Source: an uncultured delta proteobacterium (GTDB lineage: Bacteria > Myxococcota_A > Polyangia > Haliangiales > Haliangiaceae). Taken from it: DNA of 64,000 nt. The stretch is from contig CAWKDB010000011.1 in NCBI GenBank assembly GCA_963848295.1, positions 512,001 to 576,000 of the forward strand, written 5' to 3'. Positions 21,286 to 33,031 of this stretch are shown piece after piece (within the stretch, counting starts at the first letter, position 1; every line of letters begins with the position of its first letter). The notes below the pieces were generated by a model. The model saw nothing but the letters and a program-made list of their open reading frames with translations, searched no databases and was not told the origin of the DNA. Made by a program: the position numbers and the translations under genes.

Positions 21286-23514
21286 TTAGGCGCGTTGGCG
21301 GGAAGTCAGGTCTTCGCGAATTTGCTGAGGCACTTCAGCGTAGTGGTCGAATTCCATCGAGTAGGTGGCCCGGCCCTTCGTTCGTGACCGCAGGTCGGTC
21401 AGGTATCCGAACATCGTGGCTATGGGCACAAAACAGGCGACGGCTTGTACCCCAGGCCGCGCGGTAATTCCAGCGACTTTTCCCCGTCTGGCGTGCAAAT
21501 CTCCGAGGACGTCGCCGAGGCTCTCGTCCGGAGTGACGACCTCTAGCTGCATCACCGGTTCGAGCACCGTCGGGCTCGCCTTGTTGGCGGCGGCGACGAA
21601 GGCCTTCGACCCGGCGACCTTGAAGGCGTAATTGTTAGAATCTACGGGGTGATAGCTGCCGCCGACGACCTGCACGCGAAGGTCGGTCATCGCGCATCCG
21701 GCGATCACGCCGCGCTGGGCGGCCTCGGCGACTCCAGCTTCCACCGCGGGCGCGTGCTCCGACGGGATGTCGCTGGTCGGGGCGCGGTTCTCGTAGACGT
21801 AGCCGCCACCTCGCCCGGTCGGCTCGACGACGAGCCGGACGTGGCCGTACTCGCCCCGCGCGCTGGCCGCGCCGGCCCCGCCGCGCACGAACTTGTTCTC
21901 GCCCTCGGCGGAGCGCGTGATCGTCTCGCGATACGCGACCTGCGGCGCACCGACCTTGACCTTGACGCCGAGCTCGCGGCGCAAGCGCTCGACGATGATC
22001 TCGAGGTGGAGCTCGCCCATCCCGGAGATCACGGTCTGGCCGGTCTCGATGTCGGTCGACACGCGGAACGATGGATCCTCGAGCGCGAGCCGGTCGAGCG
22101 CCGCCGGGAGCCGGGCGTGATCGTCGTCGGTCTCCGGCTCGATCGCGACGCCCATCACCGGCTCGGGGATCGTCATCGGGTCGAGCACGATCGGCGCGCG
22201 CGGATCGCACAGCGTCTGGCCGGTGTAGATCCGCGCCTGCTGCGACGGGCCCACCGGTTGGTGCAGCGCGCCGATCATGCCGGCCTCGATCTGCTTGATG
22301 TCCTCGCGGCGATTCGCGTACATGCGGACGAGCCGTCCGATGTGCTCGAGGTTGCCGCGGCTCGAGTTGAGCACCGAGTCACCGACGCGCAGCACGCCGG
22401 AGTAGACGCGGATGAACGTCAGCGTGCCGCCGGTGCCGTCATCCTGGGTCTTGAACGCGAGCGCGGCGAGCGGCGCGTCGTCGGAGATCGGCCGCGACAA
22501 CGTCGGCGCCGCGGCGGCGGTGCGATCGTCGGGCTCGCGCCCGCGCACGACGGTCGCGACCTGTGCGCGACCGGCGGCGCCGCCGAAGGACGGCGCGGTT
22601 CCATAGACCCCGATGTCGATCGGCGATGGCAAGTAGTCGAGGACCGCGTCGAGCAAGAAGTGGATGCCTTGGTTCTTGAACGCCGAGCCGACCAAGGTCG
22701 GCACGCCCCTGCCGGCGAGCGTGATCCGGCGCAGCGCGGCGCGCACGAGCTCGGGCGGCAGCGCGCGGCCCGAAACCCAGGTCGCCATCAATTCGTCGTC
22801 GAGCTCGGCGATCGCTTCGATCATCGCTTCGCGCGCGCGGCTCGCGGCGGGCACGATCGCGTGCGGCACCGGACCGTCGGAGAACTTCGCGCCGAAGCTC
22901 GCCGCGTCCCACGTCCGCGCGCGCATCGTGATCAGATCGATCACGCTCTTGAACTGCGCACCGAGGCCGAGCGGCAGCTGGATCGCGATCGGCGTCGCGC
23001 CCAGGCGCGCGCGCATCTCGCCGATCACGCGATCGGGCTCGGCGCCTTCGCGATCGCACTTGTTGATGAACGCGAGCCGCGGCACGTGATAGCGATCCGC
23101 CTGCCGCCACACGGTCTCGCTCTGCGGTTCGACACCCTCGACCGCCGAGAACACGCAAATCGCACCGTCGAGCACGCGCAGGGAGCGCTCGACCTCCATC
23201 GTGAAGTCGACGTGGCCCGGCGTGTCGATCAGGTTGACGACGTGGTGCTTCCAGCCAAACGTCGTCGCCGCGGCGGTGATCGAGATGCCGCGCTCTTGCT
23301 CTTGCTGCATCCAATCGGTGAACGCAGAGCCGTCGTCGACCTCGCCGAGCCGCGACGTCACGCCCGTGTAGAACAGGATGCGTTCGGTCGTCGTCGTCTT
23401 GCCGGCGTCGACATGCGCCATCACCCCGATGTTGCGGGTGCGGTCCAGTGGGACCGAGCGGATGTCGGGGCGGGTTGCCATGCTTGCGAGCTCGGTGGTT
23501 TGGCTTGTCGCCAC
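21286..23514 (-). CDS. fusA: Elongation factor G, divergent
   Basis: [45 protein letters not shown]; between rpsG and tuf. Confidence 0.92.
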   Translation of the reverse strand: MATSQTTELASMATRPDIRSVPLDRTRNIGVMAHVDAGKTTTTERILFYTGVTSRLGEVDDGSAFTDWMQQEQERGISITAAATTFGWKHHVVNLIDTPGHVDFTMEVERSLRVLDGAICVFSAVEGVEPQSETVWRQADRYHVPRLAFINKCDREGAEPDRVIGEMRARLGATPIAIQLPLGLGAQFKSVIDLITMRARTWDAASFGAKFSDGPVPHAIVPAASRAREAMIEAIAELDDELMATWVSGRALPPELVRAALRRITLAGRGVPTLVGSAFKNQGIHFLLDAVLDYLPSPIDIGVYGTAPSFGGAAGRAQVATVVRGREPDDRTAAAAPTLSRPISDDAPLAALAFKTQDDGTGGTLTFIRVYSGVLRVGDSVLNSSRGNLEHIGRLVRMYANRREDIKQIEAGMIGALHQPVGPSQQARIYTGQTLCDPRAPIVLDPMTIPEPVMGVAIEPETDDDHARLPAALDRLALEDPSFRVSTDIETGQTVISGMGELHLEIIVERLRRELGVKVKVGAPQVAYRETITRSAEGENKFVRGGAGAASARGEYGHVRLVVEPTGRGGGYVYENRAPTSDIPSEHAPAVEAGVAEAAQRGVIAGCAMTDLRVQVVGGSYHPVDSNNYAFKVAGSKAFVAAANKASPTVLEPVMQLEVVTPDESLGDVLGDLHARRGKVAGITARPGVQAVACFVPIATMFGYLTDLRSRTKGRATYSMEFDHYAEVPQQIREDLTSRQRA

Positions 23515-23550
23515 CTTCCGTGCTCCCTCTGCAAAATCGTTAGCCGATAG

Positions 23551-24039
23551 TTACCAGCGGTAGTGCGCGAACGCCTTGTTCGCGTCGGCCATCTTGTGGA
23601 CGTCCTCGCGCTTCTTGACCGCGTTGCCACGGTTCTGAGCGGCGTCGACGATCTCGTTCGCGAGTCGATCCATCATCGTCTTCTCGTTGCGCTCGCGAGC
23701 GTAATCGACGAGCCAGCGCATGCCGAGCGCGAGCGAGCAATCCGGACGAACGTCGACCGGAACTTGGTACGTGGAGCCACCGACGCGGCGGCTCTTGACC
23801 TCGACGCGCGGCCGCACGTTGCCGAGCGCGCGCTCCCACACCTTCAACGGATCATCTTTGGCTCGCTCGGCGACGAGATCCATCGCGCCGTAGACGATGC
23901 CCTCGGCGACCGCCTTCTTGCCATCGCGCATCACGACGTTGACGAACTTCGTGACGCGACGACGAACGTCGGCCGGGGCGTCGGTGTACTTCGGATCCGG
24001 GAGGACCTTGCGCTTGGGGACTTCACCTTTACGGGGCAT
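23551..24039 (-). CDS. rpsG: 30S ribosomal protein uS7
   Basis: [30 protein letters not shown]. Confidence 0.99.
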   Translation of the reverse strand: MPRKGEVPKRKVLPDPKYTDAPADVRRRVTKFVNVVMRDGKKAVAEGIVYGAMDLVAERAKDDPLKVWERALGNVRPRVEVKSRRVGGSTYQVPVDVRPDCSLALGMRWLVDYARERNEKTMMDRLANEIVDAAQNRGNAVKKREDVHKMADANKAFAHYRW

Positions 24040-24048
24040 GGCCGATCC

Positions 24049-24420
24049 TTACTTGGGACGCTTGGCGCCGTACTTGGACCGGCTCTGCTTGCGGTTCGAC
24101 ACACCCGTGGTGTCGAGGGTGCCGCGGATGATGTGGTAGCGAACGCCCGGCAGATCCTTGACGCGACCGCCGCGGATCAACACGACCGAGTGCTCTTGAA
24201 GGTTGTGGCCCTCGCCCGGGATGTACGACGTCACTTCCATGCCGTTCGTGAGGCGAACGCGGGCGACCTTGCGCAGCGCCGAGTTCGGCTTCTTCGGGGT
24301 CGTGGTGTAGACGCGCGTGCACACGCCGCGCTTCTGCGGGCACTGCTTGAGCGCCGGCGATGCGCTCTTGGTGCGCACCTTCTCGCGTCCCGAACGGACG
24401 AGCTGATTGATCGTAGGCAT
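24049..24420 (-). CDS. rpsL: 30S ribosomal protein uS12
   Basis: [32 protein letters not shown]. Confidence 0.99.
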   Translation of the reverse strand: MPTINQLVRSGREKVRTKSASPALKQCPQKRGVCTRVYTTTPKKPNSALRKVARVRLTNGMEVTSYIPGEGHNLQEHSVVLIRGGRVKDLPGVRYHIIRGTLDTTGVSNRKQSRSKYGAKRPK

Positions 24421-24469
24421 TTGACGAAGTTCCTGACGGTGGGACGAGAGGCCCGATAGAGAGCGCGGA

Positions 24470-24497
24470 ATCTTATGGATCTGCCCCCGGCTGTCAA
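24470..24497 (-). promoter_or_regulatory. Sigma70-type promoter of the str operon
   Basis: TTGACA-16 nt-TAAGAT followed by a GC-rich discriminator, about 50 nt upstream of the rpsL ATG. Confidence 0.7.
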
Positions 24498-24550
24498 GGC
24501 CCGCGTGACCGGGCTAGACACCTGGCCCTTGCGGCCGAACCGTCCCAGCG

Positions 24551-25681
24551 ATGCTGACTCTCGCTCGTTTGGCCGCGGCGCTCGCCCTGATCCCCGCGGT
24601 GGCACGCGCCGACCGTCTGGTCATCGCGGAAGTACCCGCGGCGCTTGCCGTGTCCGGGGCTCAGGCCGACGCGTTCCGGACCGGCGCGATGCCGGCGGTC
24701 GGTGCCTACGTCGAGTCGGCCCACGGCGAGCTCGGCGTCCGGGTTCGCGTCGGCGTCCTCGCCAATGGCCCGGCGCCTGGAAACAACGAGCGAGATCCGG
24801 GCGTTGGCGGGCTCGCCACCGCGGGCGTGGCCTATCGTTTGCCGATCGGCGCGGGCTGGGTCGAGGGCGTGCTCGGCGGCGGCATCACCGGACGCGACGT
24901 CGTGCCCGCCGCCGAAATCGGCGTGGGTTGGCAGTTCGAGCTCGCCGGCGTCCAGGCGGGCCCGGCCGTCCGCTTCCTCTATGTCGACGGTCACGACGCG
25001 ATGGGGTTCGGCAGCGCGAGCATCGTGCTGGTCGGGATCGATGTCCAGTTCGGCAAGCATCGGCGCGCACCGGTCGTGACGGAGCAACATGTCGTGGACC
25101 TCGCGCCTCCGCCACCGCCGGTCGCTCCACCACCCGCCGCGCTCGAGGCCGACGACGAAAAGCTCGTCGACCGCGACACCGGCTGCATGCAGGACGGCGA
25201 AGGTTGCGAGATCGCGATCGCCGGCGGTGAGCCGCTCGTCATGCGCGATCATCGGATCGTCCTCGACGATCGCGTGCTGTTCGACACCGATCGCGCGAAG
25301 GTCAAGTCTGCGGGCTACGACACGATCGCGGCGATCGCGCGCGCGTGGCGCAAACATCCCGAGTGGCGGCACGTCACGATCGAGGGTCACACCGATACGC
25401 GTGGCGAGGACGACTACAACATGGACCTCAGCCAGCGCCGCGCGGATCACGTGCGCGCGTTGTTCGTTCGCGACGGCATCGCGCCGGATCGGGTCGACGC
25501 GGTCGGCTACGGCCGTACGCGGCCACGCGACCTCGGGCAGACCGAAGCGGCACATCAACACAACCGCCGGGTCGAGTTCGCGGTCGATTCCGCGCCGCCA
25601 TCCGCCGCCGATCAGACGGTCTCGCGGGCCGTAGGGACCTCGCTCGGCGCAGCCGTGGCGGCCGAAGGAGCTACGCCATGA
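24551..25681 (+). CDS. OmpA-family protein (N-terminal beta-barrel-like region, C-terminal peptidoglycan-binding domain)
   Basis: Signal peptide (ARA), alternating beta-strand pattern, Pro linker, IEGHTD...YNMDLSQRRA...GYG...NRRVEF. Confidence 0.9.
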   Translation: MLTLARLAAALALIPAVARADRLVIAEVPAALAVSGAQADAFRTGAMPAVGAYVESAHGELGVRVRVGVLANGPAPGNNERDPGVGGLATAGVAYRLPIGAGWVEGVLGGGITGRDVVPAAEIGVGWQFELAGVQAGPAVRFLYVDGHDAMGFGSASIVLVGIDVQFGKHRRAPVVTEQHVVDLAPPPPPVAPPPAALEADDEKLVDRDTGCMQDGEGCEIAIAGGEPLVMRDHRIVLDDRVLFDTDRAKVKSAGYDTIAAIARAWRKHPEWRHVTIEGHTDTRGEDDYNMDLSQRRADHVRALFVRDGIAPDRVDAVGYGRTRPRDLGQTEAAHQHNRRVEFAVDSAPPSAADQTVSRAVGTSLGAAVAAEGATP

Positions 25682-26688
25682 ACAGCCTCAGGATCGCCGC
25701 TGCCGTGTTCGCCGTCGCGCTCGTCGGGTGCTTCGACTCCGTCGTCAGCGATCCGTGCATCGTGGGCTTCGCGTGGACGAACGGCGCTTGTCAACCCAGC
25801 GGCACGACCCCCGATGGCGGCGCCCCTGGTAGCGCCGATGCCACCGGCGATGCGCGCGGTCACGATGGTGGCGTGCGCGATGCGAACGTCGCGATCGATA
25901 GCGTCGCGATCGACAGTCCGATGATCGACGCCGGCATGATCGACGCGCTGACCTGTCCGCTGCCCGAGATCGTGTGCAGCACGGTGTGCATCGATCCGAC
26001 CACCGATGCGAACAACTGCGGTCACTGCGGCCACGTGTGCGCGAGCGGGATCTGTCAGGCGAGCGTGTGCGTCGGCGACGCCGCCGGTCACGTCGTCGCG
26101 ATCGGCCACGACTACACGCACTTCCATCCGGCGATGGCGCGGGTGCTCGGCAACGCGCTCGCGCTGCGCGCCGCGCACGCCGTCCGCGTAGGCTGGTATC
26201 GAGGGAGCGCGACCGAGGAGGTCGACACCGACGCGCACTCCGCGGCTCAGCAGGCGCTCGCGGCGATGGGCAATACGCTCGCGTCGACCGCGTTCGCGAG
26301 CCCGCCGACGACCGCGCAGCTCGCCGCGGTGGACGTCGTCGTGATCGAAGCGCAGACCGGCGACGGCGACGCCGCCGAGGCGACCGGCGCGGCGTGGGCG
26401 CCCACCGCCCAGACGTATCTAGCCGCGACCGGCGTGATCGTCGTGCTCGAAGCTACGGGCGGCGTCAGCTATCGCTTCGCCGCCGGTGCTGGCTTGTTCG
26501 CGGTCGGCGCCCCGGTCGACGAATCGGGCACCGCGCTCGATGTCGTCGGCACCACCGACGCGGTGGCGCAAGACGTCACCTCGCCATACCTCGGCGAAGC
26601 GTCGACCGTCAGCTGGCCCGGCGCGCCCGTCGCGGTGGTCGCGACGCCGAGCGGCGACGTCGTCGTGTTTCACGAGACGTTCGAGTAA
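25678..26688 (+). CDS. Cys-rich lipoprotein (myxobacterial type)
   Basis: ATG overlaps the ompA-like stop; lipobox LVGC; CSTVCIDPTTDANNCGHCGHVCASGICQASVC motif. Confidence 0.75.
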   Translation: MNSLRIAAAVFAVALVGCFDSVVSDPCIVGFAWTNGACQPSGTTPDGGAPGSADATGDARGHDGGVRDANVAIDSVAIDSPMIDAGMIDALTCPLPEIVCSTVCIDPTTDANNCGHCGHVCASGICQASVCVGDAAGHVVAIGHDYTHFHPAMARVLGNALALRAAHAVRVGWYRGSATEEVDTDAHSAAQQALAAMGNTLASTAFASPPTTAQLAAVDVVVIEAQTGDGDAAEATGAAWAPTAQTYLAATGVIVVLEATGGVSYRFAAGAGLFAVGAPVDESGTALDVVGTTDAVAQDVTSPYLGEASTVSWPGAPVAVVATPSGDVVVFHETFE

Positions 26689-26707
26689 ACGCAGGCCCGG
26701 GCGGGCA

Positions 26708-28510
<1,803 letters not shown>

Positions 28511-28545
28511 CGCAACGCGTAGCGTACCACGCGGTCAGCGGCCGA

Positions 28546-28944
28546 TCAGTGAGTCCACTTCTCTTGGCGCGAATGGTCGCCGTCGTCGTACTCGTGCGCG
28601 GTCACGAAGTGGTACGCGACCTCGCGCGCCTTCTCGGATTCGACCACGCACTCGAACAGCCACTCGCCCTCCGCGTCGGCCGGTTCGACCTGCACGTAGG
28701 CGATCTCGGCCGGAAACAGCAGCAGCTCGCCGACGAGATCTTTCGCGCGGCCGAGCTGGACGACCAACGTGTGCTCGTCCTCGGTCTTGAGCCGCCAGTG
28801 GAAATCGTCGTGGTCGAGCAGCACCACCTCGGGAGTTCCGGCGCGAACGATGCAGTTCGCGTGATCCTGCAACCAGGCCCAGAACTTGTCGAAGGTGAGT
28901 GTCGTCGCCACGGCCGCGAGCCGTTTACCCGTCGTCGTTCCCAT
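28546..28944 (-). CDS. Hypothetical cytoplasmic protein, 132 aa
   Basis: Globular acidic composition and typical codon usage; fills the gap between co-oriented genes. Confidence 0.75.
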   Translation of the reverse strand: MGTTTGKRLAAVATTLTFDKFWAWLQDHANCIVRAGTPEVVLLDHDDFHWRLKTEDEHTLVVQLGRAKDLVGELLLFPAEIAYVQVEPADAEGEWLFECVVESEKAREVAYHFVTAHEYDDGDHSRQEKWTH

Positions 28945-28995
28945 ACGCGCAACTTATAGCCGCATGCCGGCCCCGCGCCAAGGCTCGTGTGGGTC

Positions 28996-30198
28996 CTAGA
29001 ACCGACCCACGACCGCGACGCCGGCGCTCGTCGGCGATGCGACCGGAACCACCATCCTCTCGGCCGGCCCGGGAGCGTCGAAGTAGTACAACACCGCCGC
29101 GGTCGCACCCGCGACCACCGCCGCGCCACCGAGCAGCCACGCGGTATCGCGAAAGTTATTGCGGCGATCGGTGTAGCTCCGGTAGTCGGCCAGCTGTTGC
29201 TGCGTGATGCCGACGGTCTCGCGGTCGCGCTCGATATCGCTCATCTTGTTGTCCGAGAGCACCGCGACGAGCGCACTGGCCGCACTGCCGAGCGCGAGCA
29301 CGCCGCCCGCACCGACGAGCCACGGCACCGAGCGGCGCTTGCCGGTCGGTCGCATCGCGACGGTCACGGTCTTGACCTCGCCGCGCGCGAGCACGAGCGA
29401 GCGGGCCACGGTCTCGCGACCGCGCCGCATCACGACCAGCACGTGATTCCCCGACGGCACATCCTGGGTAGCGAGCGGGGTCGTCCCGAGCACGCGACCG
29501 TCAATCGCAATCTGCGCATCGGTGTCGGTGGCGAAGGTGAGGCGCGCCGGCTTCTCGACGAGCCGGACCTCGACGGGATCGGTCTCGCCCGGCGCGACCT
29601 TGTGAGTCTCGGTGACCGGAATGTAGCCGTCCGCCGTGATCGCGACGGTGTGCTCGCCGGGCGTGACAGCGATCGGGGTGTAGAGCTCGGCCGGCTTGCC
29701 ATCGAGCGTCGCGGTCGCCCCGAGTGCGTCCGAGGCCGGCAGCATCGACAGCTCGGTCATCGTGGTCTTCTGCTCGCCGATCGTGACGTTGATGATCACG
29801 CGAGTCGCGTCGCTGCGAGGCGCCGCGACGAGGCCGCCGCCGCCGAGCCGGTCGAGCTCGCGCTGCATCTCGGCGAGCCCATCCGACGCGTCGCCGACCC
29901 GGCCGCCGCTCTTCACCTTCGCGAGATACGCGCGGTACAGCTCGACCGCGCGCTTGCAGTACTGCGGCTTCGGCTCGATGAAGTACTGGCGGCGATACGC
30001 CTGCGCCGCCGAGAACGCGATCTCCGGGATCGCCATCTCCGTGTAGGCCAGCTCGAAGCTCTCCGCCGCGGCGGCGAAGCTCTGATGGCGAAACGCCTGC
30101 TCGCCGGCGCGAAAATACTGCTCGGCCTTCACGCGATCGTCGGCGCGTGCGATCGAGCTCGCCGCGACCAGCGCGATGCAGATGGCGACCGCCTTCAT
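28996..30198 (-). CDS. Secreted TPR + PEGA-domain protein (copy 2)
   Basis: ATG at 30198 overlaps the upstream stop; signal peptide ARA-DD; TPR-like helices; two PEGA-like repeats (ATLDGK..PGEHTVAITADGY; IAIDGRVLGTTP..SGNHVL); ends VVGRF. Confidence 0.85.
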   Translation of the reverse strand: MKAVAICIALVAASSIARADDRVKAEQYFRAGEQAFRHQSFAAAAESFELAYTEMAIPEIAFSAAQAYRRQYFIEPKPQYCKRAVELYRAYLAKVKSGGRVGDASDGLAEMQRELDRLGGGGLVAAPRSDATRVIINVTIGEQKTTMTELSMLPASDALGATATLDGKPAELYTPIAVTPGEHTVAITADGYIPVTETHKVAPGETDPVEVRLVEKPARLTFATDTDAQIAIDGRVLGTTPLATQDVPSGNHVLVVMRRGRETVARSLVLARGEVKTVTVAMRPTGKRRSVPWLVGAGGVLALGSAASALVAVLSDNKMSDIERDRETVGITQQQLADYRSYTDRRNNFRDTAWLLGGAAVVAGATAAVLYYFDAPGPAERMVVPVASPTSAGVAVVGRF

Positions 30199-33011
30199 CG
30201 CGCGCCCCCGGAGCGATCGCAGCCCGCACCGTGACTGTCGCATTGCGTGAACAGATGGATCGTCCCTTGCTGAGTCGAGCCGACGGTGTAGACGACGTCG
30301 TCGAGCCCGTCGCCGTTGAGGTCGCCCGCGTGGAGCTCGATCGTGGTGTCCTGGCCGGTGTCGATCGCCGGGACGTACGCGACGCCGTTCGCGTTCGTGA
30401 ACCTCTCGAACAGCTGCATCGCGAACCCGGTGCCCGACAGCGGGCTCGGAGCGCGACACGCGACCACCATGTCAGGGCCATCGGCTCCGAACACCGCGCC
30501 GCTCGCGTCGGCGTACTGGCCGAGCTCGATCGACGTCGCGTCGTAGCAGTTGACGTTCGCGATCCCGAGCGCCGTGCCGAGCTCGTCCGATAGCACGACC
30601 GGGCTCGACAACAACGGCGCGCCATTCGCCAGCGTGAGGTTCCACAACACCGCGTCGTATGCCTTCGCGGCGTTCAGCTTGGACAACACGATCACCGCGG
30701 TCGTCCCGTCGTTGCTGATCAGCTTGGTCGACGCGAGCTCGTAGACCGAGCTCCATGGCGAGCCCGTCATGTCGACCGCGCCTTGCGGGTCGCCGACGAG
30801 ATCGTGACACTTCGTCAAGCTCCAGCTCGGCGTCGACGATGCGGTCGCCAGGTAGTAACCGCCGCAAGCGGGTTCGTCGACGCCGACGTCGGTGCCCGAG
30901 ACCGAGTTCTTGCCGCCGTAGACGCGATCGCCGCGGAGCGCGAGCAGCAACTCGCCCCCACCGAGCGCGACATTGAACAGCCTGGCCGACTGAACACAGG
31001 CGGGTTGTTGGCCACACACCTCGAACGTGACGTCGGTGGTCTGGGTGAAGTCGCCGTAGGGCTCGGGCCCGAGCTGCTCGGCGCCGTACGACCCGCCAGC
31101 ATCGCCGCCCGCGCCGGACACGTTGAACACGCCAAGCACGCCGAGCGCGCCGCCTGGGCCGTAGTTGCCGATCGCGGCCAAGACTCCCGGATCACCGAGG
31201 ACGACCGCGCCCTGCTTGACGCGAAACGGGGACGATAACAGACGCGTCGACGAGCCGTAGATGAACGTCAGCTGGGACGGATCGGCCGGATCGATCGGGT
31301 CCGACGAGCTGATCGCGTCGAGCGCGCCGTGGGCGACGATCAAGTCGTCGGAGTGGTCGAAGCCGGGCGGCTGCGAGGGATCCGGTATCTGCGCGGTCGT
31401 CATCGAGAAGAACTCGTCGAGCGTCACCGAGATCTGTGGGTCGGCGAAGCCGTCCGCCCCACCCCAGGACACCGCGATCGCGCCGCTCCGGCTATCGGAC
31501 GGATCGACGACCGCGAACGCGAGGTCGGTGACGCCATCGCCGTCGTAGTCACCCGCGGTCACGAGCGACACCGCGCCGGTCGTCGTGATCCGGCGTTGGA
31601 TCCATTGTGACTCGCCGCCGATCGCGGGTTGTTGCAGGATCACTTCGACGTCCGCCGCGGCGCCGACCGTGACCAGATCGGGGAGGCCATTGCCGTCGAG
31701 ATCGGCGACGATCGCATAGCGCCACGACCGGGTCGCCGGGATCACCGGCGTCGTCACGTTCGTGGCTGTGCTGACGTCGACGTCGTAGATCCCGCTCTCG
31801 GTGACGAGCGCGCCGACCGTCTTGCCGAGGTGGGTGATCGCGATCGACGCGAGTGGGACGCCCGCCACTTTGAGCGCGCTCCCGGTGGCGACAGGATTCA
31901 ACGTGCAGCCTAGCCCCGCGGCGTTGGCCTTTCCGGGGACGACGACGGTCGCGTCGAGCCCTCCACCGAACGGATCGTTGTTGCCGTTCGTGTTGTCGAC
32001 CACCGGTATGGCGAGGTCGGGGCAAGGACTCGGATCGTCGTCGAGGTGAGCGAAGAACGTCTCGCCGTAGGCCGGCATCGTCATGTTCGTGACCGGATCG
32101 GGAACGAGCCGCGTGCCGCCACCGAGGCTGGCCGACGCCATGTACTCGTACGACGGGACGCTGAGCAGGCTCGGCGGCGTTTGAACGCACACGACGAGGC
32201 CGGCGCTGGTCTCGGTCTCGAGCGGGACGCGCAGCGGCGTCCCCAGCATATTGATCGACTCGGTATCGGCGGTGAGGCTCCGCCCTGCGATGGTGCCGAG
32301 CTCGATCCCGCCCTGTCCGCACAGCGAGACCGGCATCATGCCATCGGCGGACAACACGGCGTTCTGCTTCCCGATGTCGAAGGCAAGGTCGACCGACCGC
32401 GCCGCTCCGAGCGTCGCCACCCGCGCGTTCACCGCGGTCGTTTCGACGAGGGCCGGGAACGCGACTGGTCGAGGCACCCCCGACGAGGTCTCGAGCGCGT
32501 ACAGCCCGGCTGCGGTCGGGATCACGACGTCCGGTCGTTGATCGCCCGTGTAGTCGCCGATCGCGATCGGGCCGGTCGAGAACGGCGAGCTCTGCGTGTT
32601 GGCATTCGTGAGCGGCGAGAGCAGATCGCCGTAGATCGCCGACACCGCGCTCGCGCTGACCCCGAGCACGTCGTCGACGAGATCGCCGTCGAGATCGGCG
32701 ACGCTGAACTGGGCCGCATCGAAGGGCTGCGAGATTCCGACCGTGGAGAGCGCGCCGCCTGGGGCGTGACAGACGTCGTCGACGCCGCAGGTGAAACCGG
32801 TCGGGCAGCACGTGCCGTCGATCGCCGAGCCGCACGTGTCACCGCGCATCGCCGGATCGCACGCGATCCGGCAGTCCGCCGTGCAGTTGCCGCCCGGTTG
32901 ATCGCAGTCTTCGCCCGGATCGAGCACGTAATTGCCGCAGGTGCCGTCGGCGATCGTCGCCGTGGTGGAGCACGCCGCGACCGCCAGCGCGAGCAGGATC
33001 AGCTTGGTCAT
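30195..33011 (-). CDS. FG-GAP/VCBS-repeat lipoprotein with myxobacterial Cys-rich N-terminus (copy 2)
   Basis: Lipobox VAAC; CGNYVLDPGEDCD; repeated DxDGDxxxD motifs (DLDGDLVDD, DYTGDQRPD, DLDGNGLPD, DYDGDGVTD, DLNGDGLDD). Confidence 0.85.
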   Translation of the reverse strand: MTKLILLALAVAACSTTATIADGTCGNYVLDPGEDCDQPGGNCTADCRIACDPAMRGDTCGSAIDGTCCPTGFTCGVDDVCHAPGGALSTVGISQPFDAAQFSVADLDGDLVDDVLGVSASAVSAIYGDLLSPLTNANTQSSPFSTGPIAIGDYTGDQRPDVVIPTAAGLYALETSSGVPRPVAFPALVETTAVNARVATLGAARSVDLAFDIGKQNAVLSADGMMPVSLCGQGGIELGTIAGRSLTADTESINMLGTPLRVPLETETSAGLVVCVQTPPSLLSVPSYEYMASASLGGGTRLVPDPVTNMTMPAYGETFFAHLDDDPSPCPDLAIPVVDNTNGNNDPFGGGLDATVVVPGKANAAGLGCTLNPVATGSALKVAGVPLASIAITHLGKTVGALVTESGIYDVDVSTATNVTTPVIPATRSWRYAIVADLDGNGLPDLVTVGAAADVEVILQQPAIGGESQWIQRRITTTGAVSLVTAGDYDGDGVTDLAFAVVDPSDSRSGAIAVSWGGADGFADPQISVTLDEFFSMTTAQIPDPSQPPGFDHSDDLIVAHGALDAISSSDPIDPADPSQLTFIYGSSTRLLSSPFRVKQGAVVLGDPGVLAAIGNYGPGGALGVLGVFNVSGAGGDAGGSYGAEQLGPEPYGDFTQTTDVTFEVCGQQPACVQSARLFNVALGGGELLLALRGDRVYGGKNSVSGTDVGVDEPACGGYYLATASSTPSWSLTKCHDLVGDPQGAVDMTGSPWSSVYELASTKLISNDGTTAVIVLSKLNAAKAYDAVLWNLTLANGAPLLSSPVVLSDELGTALGIANVNCYDATSIELGQYADASGAVFGADGPDMVVACRAPSPLSGTGFAMQLFERFTNANGVAYVPAIDTGQDTTIELHAGDLNGDGLDDVVYTVGSTQQGTIHLFTQCDSHGAGCDRSGGAR

Positions 33012-33031
33012 GGATAGCTCGAGGCTAAGGA

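Noticed and set aside
23735..23745. Cys in uS7 (PDCSLAL) at a usually Arg position
   Set aside because: A single C/T difference; cannot be told apart from a base-call error without reads.
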